From the NCBI RefSeq assembly GCF_009914755.1, contig NC_060931.1: DNA of 64,000 nt, one strand, 5' to 3'. Of the stretch, positions 26,129 through 39,294 are shown piece by piece (the first letter of the stretch is position 1; each line of letters opens with the position of its first letter). This DNA comes from the human T2T-CHM13v2.0 reference genome, Homo sapiens. The notes under the pieces are model-generated. The model worked only from the letters and a program-made list of their open reading frames with translations, ran no database searches and had not been told where the DNA came from. The position numbers and the translations under genes are program-made.

Positions 26129-28160
26129 GGACAAAATAATACATTTCTCAAAAGAAGACATACAAATGGCAAACAAGTATATGAAAAAATGTTGAGCATC
26201 ATTAATCATCAGAGAATTGCAAATCAAAGCTACAATGAGATATCATCTCTCCCCAGTTAAATTGGCTTTTATAAAAAGATAGGCAATAACAGATGCTGGC
26301 CAGGATGTGGAAAAGGGGGAACCCTTGTGCACTGTTGGTGGGAATGTAAGTTAGTACAGCCACTATGGAGAACCATAGGAAGGTTCCTCAAAAAAACTAA
26401 AAATAGAACTACCATATGATCCAACAACTCCACCACTGGATGTATATCCAAAAGAAAGGAAATCAATATATTGAAAAGACATTTGTCTCCCATGTTTATT
26501 GCAGCACTATTCACAATAGCCACAACATGGAATCAACCTAACTGCCCATCAACACATGAATAGATTTGAAAATGTAATATCTATATCTACATCTATCTAT
26601 CATTTATCTATTTATCTATCTAATCTATCTATATACCATATTTTATGGCTGTGCTATTCCACAATGGAATATCGTTCAGCTATTAAAAAAGAATAAAATC
26701 CTGTCATTTACAGCAACATGGATGGAACTGGAAGTCATTATATTGAGTGAAATAAGCCAAGCACAGGAAGACAAATATCACATATGCTTACAAAGAGGCT
26801 CTCAGGAAGATAAAGAGTAGATTGGGGATTGCTAGAGATTGGGAAGAATAGGAAGGAAGCGGTACTGAAAAGAAATGAATAATGTGTACAAATATATGGT
26901 TTGATGGAAGAAATAAAACTTAAAGTTAGATCACTAGAACGACTGTAGTTTACAATAATCTATTGTATATTTCAAAATAGCTAGAAGAGGAGAACTGGAG
27001 TGGTTCTAGCATAATAAAGAAGACACAAACATTTAAGGGGATGGATATCCCATGTACACTGATTTGATCTTTACAAATCATATGAATATATTAATTTACC
27101 CCATGTGCCCTGAAATTATGTACATCAATTATGCATCTATTTTTAAAAATTTTAAGAGAATAGAATTTAAAGAGAATATATGTTGACTAAATTAATGAAC
27201 TAATGCACAATTAGATACTGTTTTAGCCAGATCATTACTGTAACCTTAGCTTTTTTCCTTCCAAACTATTTTACATTCAGTAAGATTAATTCTCCTAGAG
27301 AACAGCTCTGTTCATGTTGATTATTTAAGAAAAAATAATTATAAAAACCAAATTTGATCAAAATATCTGGCCTAATATTTAAAGTTATTCACAATTTTAT
27401 CCAACTATCTTAAATTTTACTTATTCTCATTGGGAACACTATTATGACTGAACTACATTCCTACAACCATGACTCATTTTCTTTACCCTGCCCTGCCTGT
27501 TTTATTTTCCTGTAATTAGTAGCCTCTACTCCTCATCTTTGCCTAGGGAAATTTTGCCTATATTCAAGGCCAAATTTCTAGATGCTTGTTTTAATGGCAT
27601 TTGTCCAATTAATTCGGAGACAAGTGATTATTTTTACCTCTGAAATTATCCTTAATTTTTACATTTAAAATGCATTTATTATATTCTTCCCTTTACTTTA
27701 TTGACTTCTCTTCTCTGGATTATAGTCTATGTGAAGTTAGGAATTTACCTGATTCATTTTAATATAAATTAATTAAATAATAGTTGAATGAACAAAAGAT
27801 AATGAGGATAAAACATTTGTAGCTGGTTGGTCAGCAATATTATACTATAGTATTATTGGGAAGGTTTTCTACCAAGTGCCTTAAAATACACTATGTCACA
27901 TCCTCTTGGAAAATCTCTAAGATTCACTTCCCTTCTTTCCATTTATTTCTCACAATTTCTCTGCCTAACTTTCTCTTTTCCCTAGGTTTTATTTTTCTCC
28001 CCAACACACACTTCCAACTTGAACTTGTCTTATGCAAGCTCCCCTTTGGGCTAGGGAAGCCAATGACCCCTATACTCTGCCTGAATTTTAAAAAGTTTAA
28101 AAGTAAGTAAATCAGAAAACATCCTTTTCTTTCAAGCAGTAACAGTCTAGTCAGAAGTAT

Positions 28161-28568
28161 GTTTTTATTGTGGTAAAACACACATAACATGGGATCTACT
28201 TGCATACATGTACTGCAGATCTCTCCCCATTTCTGCCTCTCCCCAGCCCTGGCAACCACCATTATACTTTCTGCTTCTACACACTTGACTACTTTAGATA
28301 CCTCACGTAAGCAGAATAATGCAATGTTATGTCCTTCTGGCTTACTTCACTTAGCATAATGTTCTCAAGTTTCATCCAGGTTGTAGCATATGACAAGATT
28401 ATTTTTTAAGATTGAATAACATGTCATTGTATGAGTATACCATATTTTATTCACTTATTCATCTGTTAATGGACGTTTATGTTGTTGCCACCTTTTGGTT
28501 GTCATAAATAATGCTGCAGTGAACATGGGTATGCAAATATCTCTTTGAGATCCTGTTTTCAATTCTGT
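28161..28568 (-). mobile_element. L1MA10/L1MB-like 3' fragment
   Basis: ttattgtggtaaaacacacataacat...ccccagccctggcaaccaccatt...tttagatacctca...cttagcataatg. Confidence 0.85.
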
Positions 28569-29638
28569 TTTTAAAACCACCTTAATGGATCTTGTAAGGG
28601 TGTTTCTTGTGAGAAAACAATGGCTCTACATAGGATAATTTTAAAAAATACTGTGTATTCTCAACCCTGACCATTAAAAAATAGAAGACTTGTTAATAAT
28701 TGACTGCTTTTTTCTTTTGAGTCCTTAGACTTATTAACAATTCAGTACCTAATTTTGCAGCATTAAGAAATCAGGAAAGTAACATTTCTTGGGAGACCTT
28801 GAAGGACACTGGAGATTGGCAAATAAAATGTGTAGGTCAGATGTACATTTGCTTGTGACCAGAAAATTTTATATTTAACACATCTGTATTAATAAATGAA
28901 AGTTTTAGTGAAATTCACAGCACATCAGGGAAAAAATTTAGAAAACCAGAAATAATTTAATTTCTTTAGTTATTTAAGAAGAACATATCTATATACTTGA
29001 GAGTCAAGCTAATAAAAGGCTTTGCCAAATTGTAAAAAATAAATGGAGGTGGAATATAGTTTATTTGTAATTTATCTGATAAATTAATCATTTAACAAAC
29101 ATTTCTTGGATAGCCACTGCTTAAAAAATATTGTAAAAGCCATTTGTTGAATAATTCTCTGACTCATATACAAATAACTATAATAAAATTCTTTATGGAG
29201 TAAGCACCATGGGTAAGAAATAATATGTTACAGAAATTCAAAGGAAAAAGTGAATTCCAATAGAATGAATAGGCTATAAACTTTCAAAGCTCCAGGCATA
29301 GTTGAATGAAATAATTAAAATGTAATTATTTGACAAGGTAGTTTAAGCTGTATCCTGACTTGCAGAGGAAGAAAGAGGAGGTACTACAGGTAGAGTAAGT
29401 AGTATACTTTAAGCTACATTAGAGAAAACCATAAGATATAGTATAGAAACAATTAATTCAGATTAAATACAAATTATACATGATTAGGATGGAAAGTAGA
29501 TTGAAGTCACTTTGTAGAAGTCCTTTACCCATTACTCACTAGGATATGGGTGGGGGGGTGAGCCTAGGGAGGTTTTTGAGCAGTAGAGTAACAGGACAAA
29601 ATATTGTTTTTAAAAATCGATCTTAAAGAAATATATAG

Positions 29639-29922
29639 CATAGTCTGTAATCCCAGTACTTTGGGACGCCAAGGCAAGTGGATCATTTGATGTCAGGAGT
29701 TCGACACCAGCCTGACCAACATAGTAAAGTCCTGTCTCTACTAAAAGTACAAAAAATTAGCCAGGTGTGGTGGCACACGGCCTGTAATCTCAGCTACAGC
29801 TACTTGAGAGGCTGAGGCAGGAGCGTCGCTTGAAACTGGGAGGCGGAGGTTGCAGTCAGCCTGGAGATCATGGCACTGCACTCCAGCCTGGGTGACAGAG
29901 ATTCCGTCTCAAAAGAAAAAAA
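29639..29922 (+). mobile_element. AluS (Sx/Sz-like), 5'-truncated by ~20 nt
   Basis: Begins near ctgtaatcccag; 14-bp TSD aaagaaatatatag at 29625-29638 and 29923-29936. Confidence 0.95.
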
Positions 29923-30348
29923 AAAGAAATATATAGGATAGACTGAAAGTAACTCATTAGATAATTGCTAAATCTGTAACAAGAGATAATAAGGGCCTAA
30001 ACTAAAGTGGTGGCAATGTGACGAGAAATGAGGATATGTATGAAAATATCTAATAGTGGTAGAATTGTTAAGACTTAGTAACCAATAGGAAATTGTGATG
30101 GAGACAAGAAGAAAAAAAAATTTAAGAGACTTTAATTTTTCACATCTAATTTAGGTAGAGAATTTTGCCATTATCAGAAACATTAAAATCAGAAAGAGAG
30201 GGTAGATTGAAGAGAAGAGGAAAGATGTCAGATTTATAATACTAACAAACAGCACAGAAGTACACAGCATAGTTAGAAAAACAAATAGAATGCTAGGAAG
30301 GTGTTAAAGATTCAGATTTGAAAATCATGTTTAAAGAATTAATAGTCA

Positions 30349-31040
30349 TATGGACTACCATATTATCCAGCAATCCCACTGCTGGGTATATATGCAAAAG
30401 AAAGGAAATGAGTATATTGAAGAGATATTTGCACTGTCATGTTTCCTGCAGCACTATTCACATTAGCCAAGATATGAAATCAGCCTGTGTCCATCAACAG
30501 ATGGATGGATAAAGGAAGTGTGGTACGTATACACAATGGAATATTATTCAGCTGTAAAAAATGAAAATGTTATTTTTAACAACATGGATAAAACTTCAGG
30601 ACATTATGTTAAATGAAATAAGCCAGGAACAGAACAACAAATGTAGCATATTCTCACTCATATAGAGAAGCTTAAAAAAATGGATTTCATAGAGGTAGTG
30701 AATAAAATGGTTGTTACCAGAGGCCAGGAAAGCCATAATGGAGGAGGAGTGGATAAAGAAGGGTTGGTTAATAAATACGAAATACAGTTAGACAGAAGGA
30801 ATAAGATCCAGTTTCCAGTAGCACAATAGAGCAACTATAGTTAACCATAATTTATTGTATATTCCAAAGTAACTAGAAGAGTAGATTTGGAGTGTTCCCA
30901 ACATGAAGTAACGATAAATGTTTGAGGCGATAGATATCCCAACTACCCATATTTTATCATTACATATTGTGTGCTTGTATCAAAATATCACATTACCTTA
31001 CAATTATATGTAGCTATTATGTACCCATAAAATTTTTTTC
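30349..31040 (+). mobile_element. L1MA2/3-like 3' fragment
   Basis: ORF2 end plus 3' UTR (tattatgtacccataaaa); 16-bp TSD aaagaa(t/g)taatagtca at 30333-30348 and 31041-31056. Confidence 0.92.
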
Positions 31041-32300
31041 AAAGAAGTAATAGTCAATTCTTTAGAATGTAATGAAATACTAAAGGAAAGGAGAGACTCT
31101 GGTGAAAAAGGAACAAATAAATGCTTGAGAGTGTTTTTGTTTAGGGAGAAAATGGAGCCAGCCCTATATAGAAGAGGAGGAGTTACAGATGAGAGAAGAT
31201 TCAGATTGTTTGTGTCATAAAACCCAGTGTGAACATGGTTACAAGACAGTAAAAAAAAAAAAAAACAGGAGAAATAAGAACAGAATTTACATTATAAGCA
31301 TCAAAAGAATGATTTGGTAGTGAATAGAGCAAGTGAGAAAATTGTCACTGAAGTAAATGGGAACATAAGTTATGTAATAGTGTTATGAAAGTTTGCAAAG
31401 GTAGAGTTTTAGAACAGGCTAGACATAGCACTGTGTCAATAAATCTGAGGAAGTAGATAAGGAGGGACTATCTGTTTTAAAAAGAAAAAATGTAAATGGT
31501 TATATCAGGACAGAGAAAAACATAGGAAATTTATTATAAAAAGGGGGTCAAGGGAGTATCCTTGAAAGGAATTACTCTGATACAAGATAAAAATAGATGG
31601 AGAGAAGTTGAGTGAGTTAATTGTGCAGGTTCTTGACCTTCACAGTAAGGAGAAAGTTATATGGTGTGCAGTGATGTTGGGAGGCTAAGACAATTGAAGA
31701 GGTTCTGTGTAGCCACACTGAAGGTGTCTGTAAGAGCTCAGGTGATTTGAGTGAAAGAATGTCTGGGCACAGGGGAAGTTAAGTGGCAAGAAAGTGTACC
31801 CCAGATAGACATAATCTTGCAATAGTATTTGATATACTTGGCTGGCAAAGAAATGGCTTCCATTAAGTTTAAACGAATTTTGCAGAAGATACTGGAACCA
31901 CGTTGAGGAACATGCTAAGTTATTAAACAGCTCAGTAGTTTGCCATGAAAAGACATTTTGCTTTTGTTCTTTGTTGTACATATTTCCTTTGGAGAGTTTG
32001 TTATAAACCAATATATTGCTTAAGAATGAGAAAAATTAGGAGCATCACTGTTACTCTAAGAAGTTGTTACTGTAAACAAACCTGTGAAACTTTGCTCAAT
32101 CCAATATTTTTCAGATTTTTTTGACAGGAAAATTAGAAACATGTTGATTTTTGTTATGGCACTTGAGTGCTTACATATGATTTCAAACCTAAGGGTGTTT
32201 TTTTCTTTAAGAGTATTTGTATCTTGGGTTCATGAAGATAATGCATTTTCAATATAGATAACATTCTGCTAATTCATTTAACTATTTTTTTACAAGTACT

Positions 32301-32840
32301 TCCGGAAGACCTGAAATGCTGCCTTAAAATAGAAAGGATTGTTGAGCTGAAGACTAGAAGCAGCAGATGCAAGAAAGTTCTCTGCTTTACCTCTATTTGC
32401 CTAAAAACAGGATATCGATTTATAAAGACAAAATGTGCCCCAGCCCCACTTCTATCAGGGAGAAAAACAGTTAACCAGTGAGGACGACTTAGGACCTTTA
32501 CTGGCCTGGAGATGGTACCAGAGGAGTTTATATTAACAAACTTGACTAACTAGCCTTTATCTGTCATTATTTGTCTTTCCCCAAGATGCTATCCTATAGA
32601 AGCTCAAAGTTATTTTCCTTTGTATTGTCACTTCTCTAAAAATTTACTGTTCTTTGTTGAAGATGCTGTATAAGCTGGATTTCCAAGCTGCCTCTTTCAG
32701 AATTATTCATTCCCTGGTGCCTCACATGTATATATGTAATATATGTATTAATAAATCTTGTTTGTTTTTCTCTTATTATTCTGTTTTTTGTTAGGGGGCT
32801 GTTCCATCTAAGAACATATGGGGGTTATTCTTCCCCTACA
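32301..32840 (+). mobile_element. ERV1 solo LTR (MER34-like)
   Basis: aaggattgttgagctgaagac...agcagatgcaagaaagttctctgc; TATA-like tgtataag, AATAAA, ends ttcccctaca. Confidence 0.75.
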
Positions 32841-33196
32841 CTCTTATTCTTCCATATTTGCATATATCAAAATCTTTGTTCATTGTTGTGGAATTGATTT
32901 TTTTCTTTCATGTATATCTTCCAAGTTTATTAACAAACAATAACAAAGCTTTTCTTTCAGCTGATACTTCTGTCCTTAAGAAATCTAAGACAAAAGTTAA
33001 AGTTAGATAAAGGAAGATTTGCTGTCATAGTAAGTGTGGCAGCATGATGGGGAAATCAGAGTTTCTTCCTAAGTAAAAGTATGGATGAGCCCCTAAAATC
33101 CCAAAGAAAAAGCTGCAGGGCAGCTGGGAGGAACACTGGGAGGGCAGGGTAATTGCCAACAATAAAGCAGGTGAATGTTTTTATGCTAACCAAAAA

Positions 33197-33374
33197 TAGT
33201 GCTTCCCAAACTTTTCCACACCTTAGAAACATCTCGGGAGCTTTTTAAATATCCCAATGCCCGGTCTCATTCAATACCAATTATATGAGAACATCTGGGG
33301 TAGAAGGCTGGTATTAGTATCTTTTTAAAGTATACTAGGTGACTCCAAAGTGCAGCATAATTTGGGAACTGCTA
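33197..33374. mobile_element. MER5-type hAT-Charlie MITE
   Basis: TIRs tagtgcttcccaaa / tttgggaactgcta; internal aggtgactccaaagtgcagc. Confidence 0.8.
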
Positions 33375-35347
33375 TTCTGTAATAAGATTCTTTAAAAATA
33401 CTGACTGTATTATTTTGACTACACTCCATATATTAATAGTTTATATTTACACTGGCTCTTTAATTTTCCTTATCCAGGCTAAGGAAAACTTTTGAGGCTG
33501 AAGATTATGATCAGGCACATTGCAGTGAGGTGGCTTCAATGAACCCTGACTGTTGCTTTTGTTTTTCCTTCCTTATTTGAATAGCCTTAAGCTACTTATT
33601 TGAACTGATTGTCCTAAACGCGAATGTTTTTGCATGATTTCCTCCCTGCTCAAATTGTCTGATTTGGTTCTACCTCTTGTAATCCTTGCAAAAGTGACTA
33701 AAGTCCAGGGACATGCTTGTGGAGTGACTTCCTCCACTTGGTGTCATTCAATTAGGTAAAGATTACCAACAGCAACTGCTTCTATCCTTTGCAATTTACT
33801 CACAGTAGCTACCTCATATGCTTCATTTACATGAAGTTATTTTGTTTACCAACCTCTGGCGTAGGTCCCCAAGTCTTAATGCACACTTTAAGTGTCCTAA
33901 ATAGACAAAACAACTGTTTCCTTGAGGTGGCATTAGATAACGTAATGGTAAAGCTCTTCAAGAGTGTTTCTTAAAGTTCCTGCTCATTTGCACTTCCAAG
34001 TTTTTATTAGATTTCAAAGCATCATGCATTTACATATATCAATTTCTAAGTACTATGAAGTAGTTTATTAAATTGAATTTCTCTGATGTTTCCTGTCTCA
34101 GTTATATGCCAATTTCAAAACAAAATATTAACTCAAAATTTGATAATTTGATATTATCCAAATATTCATCCTTACCTGTATATTAATAATGTCCATTAAA
34201 TTTATATATATATAGTCTATTGAATAGCAACATTCTAAAGATATTCCCATCTTAGTTATAATTAGTTCATCAAAAAGGTTGTATTAGAATTATTTTTTGG
34301 CTATCATTCACATACCTGATTATTTACAGGAAGGATTTGAATGACAAATACAGCAATATCCAGAGACATACAGTGAGGAAGGTGTGATGTAGATAGAAGA
34401 AAGAAGAGAGCCATACTAAAAAACACTGGCCTTGAAAAGCAAAGAGCAATTAACAGGGGAAGAGAATTATTCAATTTTCAGAACTTAAAAAAAAATACAC
34501 AAAATCCTCTGAATTTTGTGGTAGTCAAATTAAAAGAGAAGTGACATAAAATCATAATAATCTCATTAGATATTAAAAGGAAGCATGCCAACTCACTACA
34601 AAGGCCAACATTTTTGCTGATTCTGATGTCTACATGATGTGCTGAGTCTGATGTCTAAGAGAGATGTCATCATATAAAGTATGTTTAATCGTATTATTAC
34701 ATATGTAGAAAATCATTCATACAACCATGTTTATATAGCCATTCCTTATACTGACCATTAATGTAAATCAGTAATAAAAGATTAAATCACAATTGTTCCA
34801 TGGCAGTTAGAATGCACTGTAAAGCAACTCGTATAGCTGTCTAGTATTTTTACATTATGTCCAGATAAAACTCAGAGAACTCCGTTCTAAAGAGAAACAT
34901 TTTACCATGTCTCATAGGCTATTTTTTATAGTAAATGATTTCAGACTAATTCTCTCATCTTTTTTACAACGTAGAGTTTGTGTGTTTGTTTGTTTTCTTT
35001 TGCTACAAAATAACCATGACCATATTTGTAGTTAGTAGAGAAGTCACACACATAAATGAATCTTGTATATAGTACAGTGGCCATATTTATTCACCAAGAT
35101 AAGATTGATATAATATGTAACAATAAAAATAACAGTTGGGTTAATGCACACTTCTTTATTGTTGCAGTTAGCAAATAATGCAATGAGCAGCTAAAGGAGG
35201 AAGAGAATTATTCAATTTTCAGAATCTGAAAAAGAAATACATTTAGTCAAATGCGGTTTTGTATGGACTCATGTCTTAAAGGTACAACCAAGTCTTCTCT
35301 TCCCTGGGCTGACTTATAATTTGTTTATTTATTAGAGTTTATAATTG

Positions 35348-35475
35348 AGGGTAATCATGGTATTTATCACTCAAACTGACACTTTGTGGACTGAAAAGGG
35401 TCTTCTATTAATTATGAGGCCAGGAAAATAGATATAACTTGGGACTGTCCTGGAAAAAAGGAATGCAGATTGTGA
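35348..35475. mobile_element. MER94-like hAT-Blackjack MITE
   Basis: agggtaatcat...caaactgacacttt...tgaaaagggtcttctattaat...gggactgtcctgg. Confidence 0.65.
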
Positions 35476-36518
35476 ACACAGAAAAATTAATTTGCTTTCA
35501 ATTGATCAGCTATTTAAAGAAAGCTTTTTGGTGTCTACGGCTTCTTTCTGAAGTGTTTAATTTACAGATGGTTCAATTAGAGCTCTGTTGCAAAATTTTG
35601 GACCTAAGAGAATGTTCACACTCTCAGCTTTATATGCCAGGATGCCCTTTCCTGGATTATTTTCATCCTTCAGTTCACAGCGGAATTATCATCTTCTTAC
35701 ATAAGCTTCTTCTGCTCTATTTAAAGTAATCCTACAATTTGAGCTCCAAAATAAATAAGGAGAGCACTCCTCTTTCCAAGAATGTAAACAAATAAATGTA
35801 GAAGGGGTGGTATAGTTAGAAAAGTACCATTCTAAAATCATTGTACTAATAATTAATTTAGGTAATAATCATCAGTGGAAGCCAAAACCATTTGATGAGA
35901 GTTGGTTAGCAGTAAAATATTTACATAGTCTCACAGATTGTCTGCACAGAACAGTTAATAATTACACAGGAAAAAAATTACTGCAGTTAAACAAAATCTG
36001 GGCAGTATCCATTTAACCAAGTGATCAAAGTTAATATCATCGAAAAATGAGAAAAACTATTATATGATTCATGATTTGACACACTGAGGACACAGTATTA
36101 CTTATGTAATATTTATTTTAAAATACCTAATTCAAATCTAACCATTACAAAACAAACCCAGGTTGAAGACAATCTCTTCAAAAATGTCAATGGCACAAAA
36201 GACAACGAAAGTCTAAGGAATAGTTCAAGATTAAAGGATACTAAAGACACTGTACAACTAAATTCAATGCATGATCCTAAAGAAAAAAAATTCTATAAAG
36301 GACATTATTGAAACAGTTATCATATGAACTCTTTGCTAGATCATAATATTATATCAAAGGTAAAATTCCTGAAATTTGAAATTATAGTGTGATTAAGAGA
36401 ACGCCTTTTTTTCTTAGGGGATACATGCTGAAGTATGTAATGATGAAGGATTATGATCTCTTACTTTCAATGGTTTAAAAACCTACTCTCAGTGTTTCAT
36501 AAACACGAATAAAAATAA

Positions 36519-36857
36519 TACATTAGTCTGCTCAGGCGGCCATAACAAATACCATAGGCTAGGTGGCTGAAGAAATAGAAATTTAGATCTGGAGGCTAGA
36601 AATCTGAGGGCAGGATGCTAGCATAGTCAGGCTCTGGTGAAGGCTTTCTTCTTGGAGTGCAGAGAGCCACATGCTCACTATGTCCTCATATGGTAGAGGC
36701 AGAGCTTTGGTGTTTCTCTTTTTAATAAAGATACTAATATCACCATGAAAGCCCCACCTGCATGACTTTATCAAAATCTAATTACCTTCTAGAGGCCCCA
36801 TGTCTAAATACCATCACATTGGGGGTTATGAGGAGGGGCACAATTAAATTAGTATCA
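36519..36857 (-). mobile_element. MLT1A-type MaLR solo LTR
   Basis: ttagtctgctcaggcggccataacaaatacca...tctggaggctagaaatc...aggccccatgtctaaataccatcacattggggg. Confidence 0.88.
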
Positions 36858-37080
36858 AATAACTATCATAGTATTTAAGTTTAATATATGTTTAAAGATA
36901 TTTAAACATATATGTGTATATTTTATATATATATACACACACAGAGAGAGAACAGGAGAGGAGAAGAGTGGGGAGAACAGGAAAAGAGAGGGAAGAGAAG
37001 GAGAGAGGAGAGGAGAGGAGAGGACTCAGTAGGAGTCCTCTTGCTACTGAGAAGAGGAGTAGAAGCGACAACAATGTGAC

Positions 37081-37840
37081 TGATATGGTTTGGCTATGTC
37101 CTCACCCAAATCTCATCTTGAATTGTAGCTCCCATAATCTTCAAGTGTCATGAGAGGGACTCGGTGGGAGGAAATTGAATTATGAGGGCATGATTTTCCC
37201 ATTTTGTTCTTGTGAGAGTGAGTAAGTCTCACAGGATATGATGGTTTTATAAAGGGTGGTTCCCCTGCATATGCTCTCTTTTCTGCCACCATGTAAGATG
37301 TGCCTTTGCTCCCCCTTCATCTTCTGCCATGATTGTGAGGCCTCCCCAGCCATGTGGAACTGTGAGTCCATTAAACCTCTTTTTCTTTATAAACTACCCA
37401 GTCTCAAGTATTTCTTCACAGAGTATGAAAATGAATGAATACAGTAAATTGATACGCAGAGAGTGGGGTGCTGCTGTAAAGACATGCAAAAATGTGGAAG
37501 TGACTTTGTAACTGGGTAACAATTAGAGACTGAAACAGTTTGGGTGGGTGCTCAGAAGAAGATAAGAAAATGTGGGAAAGTTTGGAACTTCCTAGAGACT
37601 TGTTGAATGGCTTTGACCCACATGCTGATAGTGATATGAACAACAAAGTCCAGGCTGAAGTGGTCTCCATGTAAGACCTTGCCACCATGTAAGACGTGCC
37701 TTTGCTCCTCCTTCACCTTCTGCCATGATTGTGATTCCTCCCCTGCCATGTAGAATTGTAAACCCACTAAGCCTATTTTTCTTTATAAATTACCCAGTCT
37801 CAGGTATTTCTTCATAGTGGTATGAAAATGGACTAATACA
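37081..37840 (+). mobile_element. THE1C provirus with large internal deletion (5'LTR 37081-37443, ~225 bp internal, 3' half of 3'LTR)
   Basis: TG...CA ends; perfect TSD GTGAC at 37076-37080 and 37841-37845; THE1C-type tatttcttcatag. Confidence 0.95.
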
Positions 37841-37959
37841 GTGACAAAATATTAACAATGTGGAAATATAGGTGAATGGTATATGAGTATTTATTGTAAT
37901 GTTCTTGCAACTTTCCTGAATGGCTAATTTTTTAAAATGAAGTTTAATAAAACATTGAC

Positions 37960-38185
37960 TAGATGCCTTTCATCTTATTATTGTCTCTCACAGTGCACTG
38001 TTCTTTTCCTGGAACATATAATACAATTTACAGTTTATTTACTTATTTGTCCATGTAATGTCCAATTCCTTTACCAGACCTAACACTGAGACTTGGGATT
38101 CGATCTATTTGGCTTATTGTTCTATCCACATCATTTTACAGGCATATTAGTGCTCTTTCACTACTTGTTGAATGAAGGAATGAGC
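37960..38185 (+). mobile_element. L2 3' end relic
   Basis: Ends acttgttgaatgaaggaatga. Confidence 0.55.
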
Positions 38186-38390
38186 TGTTTCTGAACTTCC
38201 CAAGTAAAAAAACTGAAGGAAGATGTAGATTTGTATGTACACTTAGCAGTATGGACCTTGCAGAAAACAGCCGTGGATCACCTCTGCCTTCTGACTGAAG
38301 AGATCTGGCACCTGCAAGTATCTGGCAATATAGTTGCATTAACACAATTTGCTTTTGAACACTTACAGTCCAGCACCAAATGCATTTGCC

Positions 38391-38488
38391 TTCTGTAAAT
38401 GGAACACCTGTGGTGAACACTTCTCTCTTAAGAGAAGTGACTTGTGTGAAGGCGCTCCTCATTCATCACAGGTGTTCCATTTACAGAA
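38391..38488. repeat. 27-bp inverted repeat (26/27 match) with nested 9-bp hairpin
   Basis: ttctgtaaatggaacacctgtggtgaa (38391-38417) / ttcatcacaggtgttccatttacagaa (38462-38488). Confidence 0.95.
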
Positions 38489-38887
38489 AATGCCTTTCTC
38501 ATCTTCTCTCACTACCCAGATAGTACTCATGCACTGAGCAACAGCAGAAGAGCCCTCCAGCACTTCCTTGAAGTCTTTCTCACCATTTGGTACTGTGATC
38601 ACCCTCTTTGCTCTGATTTCTTTTGTAATTGCTGAATGATTTATTTGGGTTTTATTTATGTACTAATTTATATTCTTATAAATGGTCCTTGTATTATTAT
38701 AAGTTATCTTATAAACAATAAATTATTTAGTATTATACAGAATAAATTATATTGCATTGTAATTAATCTTATGTAAGTTATAAATGATCTTTAATTATTG
38801 TTTATGTTTATCCTATCTCCTTAACTGTACTTTAAATTCCTTGAATGCAGGGAAAACTTACATGCCATTTTATATTTCCAGTAACAC

Positions 38888-39294
38888 CGTCTTAGTCTTT
38901 TTGTGCTGTTTTAGCAGACTAGTTCCAGCTATGCCCATCTGCGACTGGGTAATTTATAATAAACGGAAATTTTATTCTCACAGTTCTGGATGTTGGGAAG
39001 CAGAAGAACAAGGTGCCAGCAGATCCAGTGTCTGTGAGAGCTGCTGTCAGCTTCCAGATGGTGCCTTATTGCTACATCCTTTAAGGTGTTGAACCCTGTG
39101 TCTTCACATGGCCAAAAGAAGAGAAGGGTAAAAAGAGCCTTGCTAGTTCCCTCTAGCCCTTTTATAAGGTACTAATCTCATCTATGAAGCCTCCACCTAA
39201 TTACCTCTGAAAGGCCCCACTGTTAATAACATTGTGTTGGGGATTAACTTTCAATATAAATTTCGTAAGGAACACAAATATTCGAAGCATAGCA
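38888..39294 (-). mobile_element. MST-type (MSTC/D-like) MaLR solo LTR inserted in an L2 tail
   Basis: gactgggtaatttataat...ttattctcacagttctgga...aaggccccac...catagca; TSD aacac/agcac. Confidence 0.87.

Larger units (their letters stand above)
23630..27150 (+). mobile_element. L1MA (L1MA4-6-like), 5'-truncated within ORF2, with 3' UTR
   Basis: Continuous sense ORF2 sequence (gatgcagaaaaagcatt, gacatgatctta) and L1MA 3' end (tattgtatatttcaaaatagctagaagag...gatttgatctttaca). Confidence 0.93.
29085..31700 (-). mobile_element. L2 relic interrupted by Alu and L1MA
   Basis: tcatttaacaaacattt (3' end), gaggtttttgagcag, gagataataagggcctaaactaaagtggtggcaatg. Confidence 0.65.
35760..37945 (+). mobile_element. 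L1MC4-like 3' UTR, split by MLT1A and THE1C
   Basis: ttaaccaagtgatcaaagttaatatca; gacattattg; tacatgctgaagta; resumes after 37845 with ggtgaatggtatatgagt...tcttgcaactttcctg. Confidence 0.75.

Noticed and set aside
33478-33529. Possible exon after the acceptor ttttccttatccag
   Set aside because: Only weak donors (A|gtgagg, G|gtggct), giving 47 or 52 nt, neither frame-preserving.
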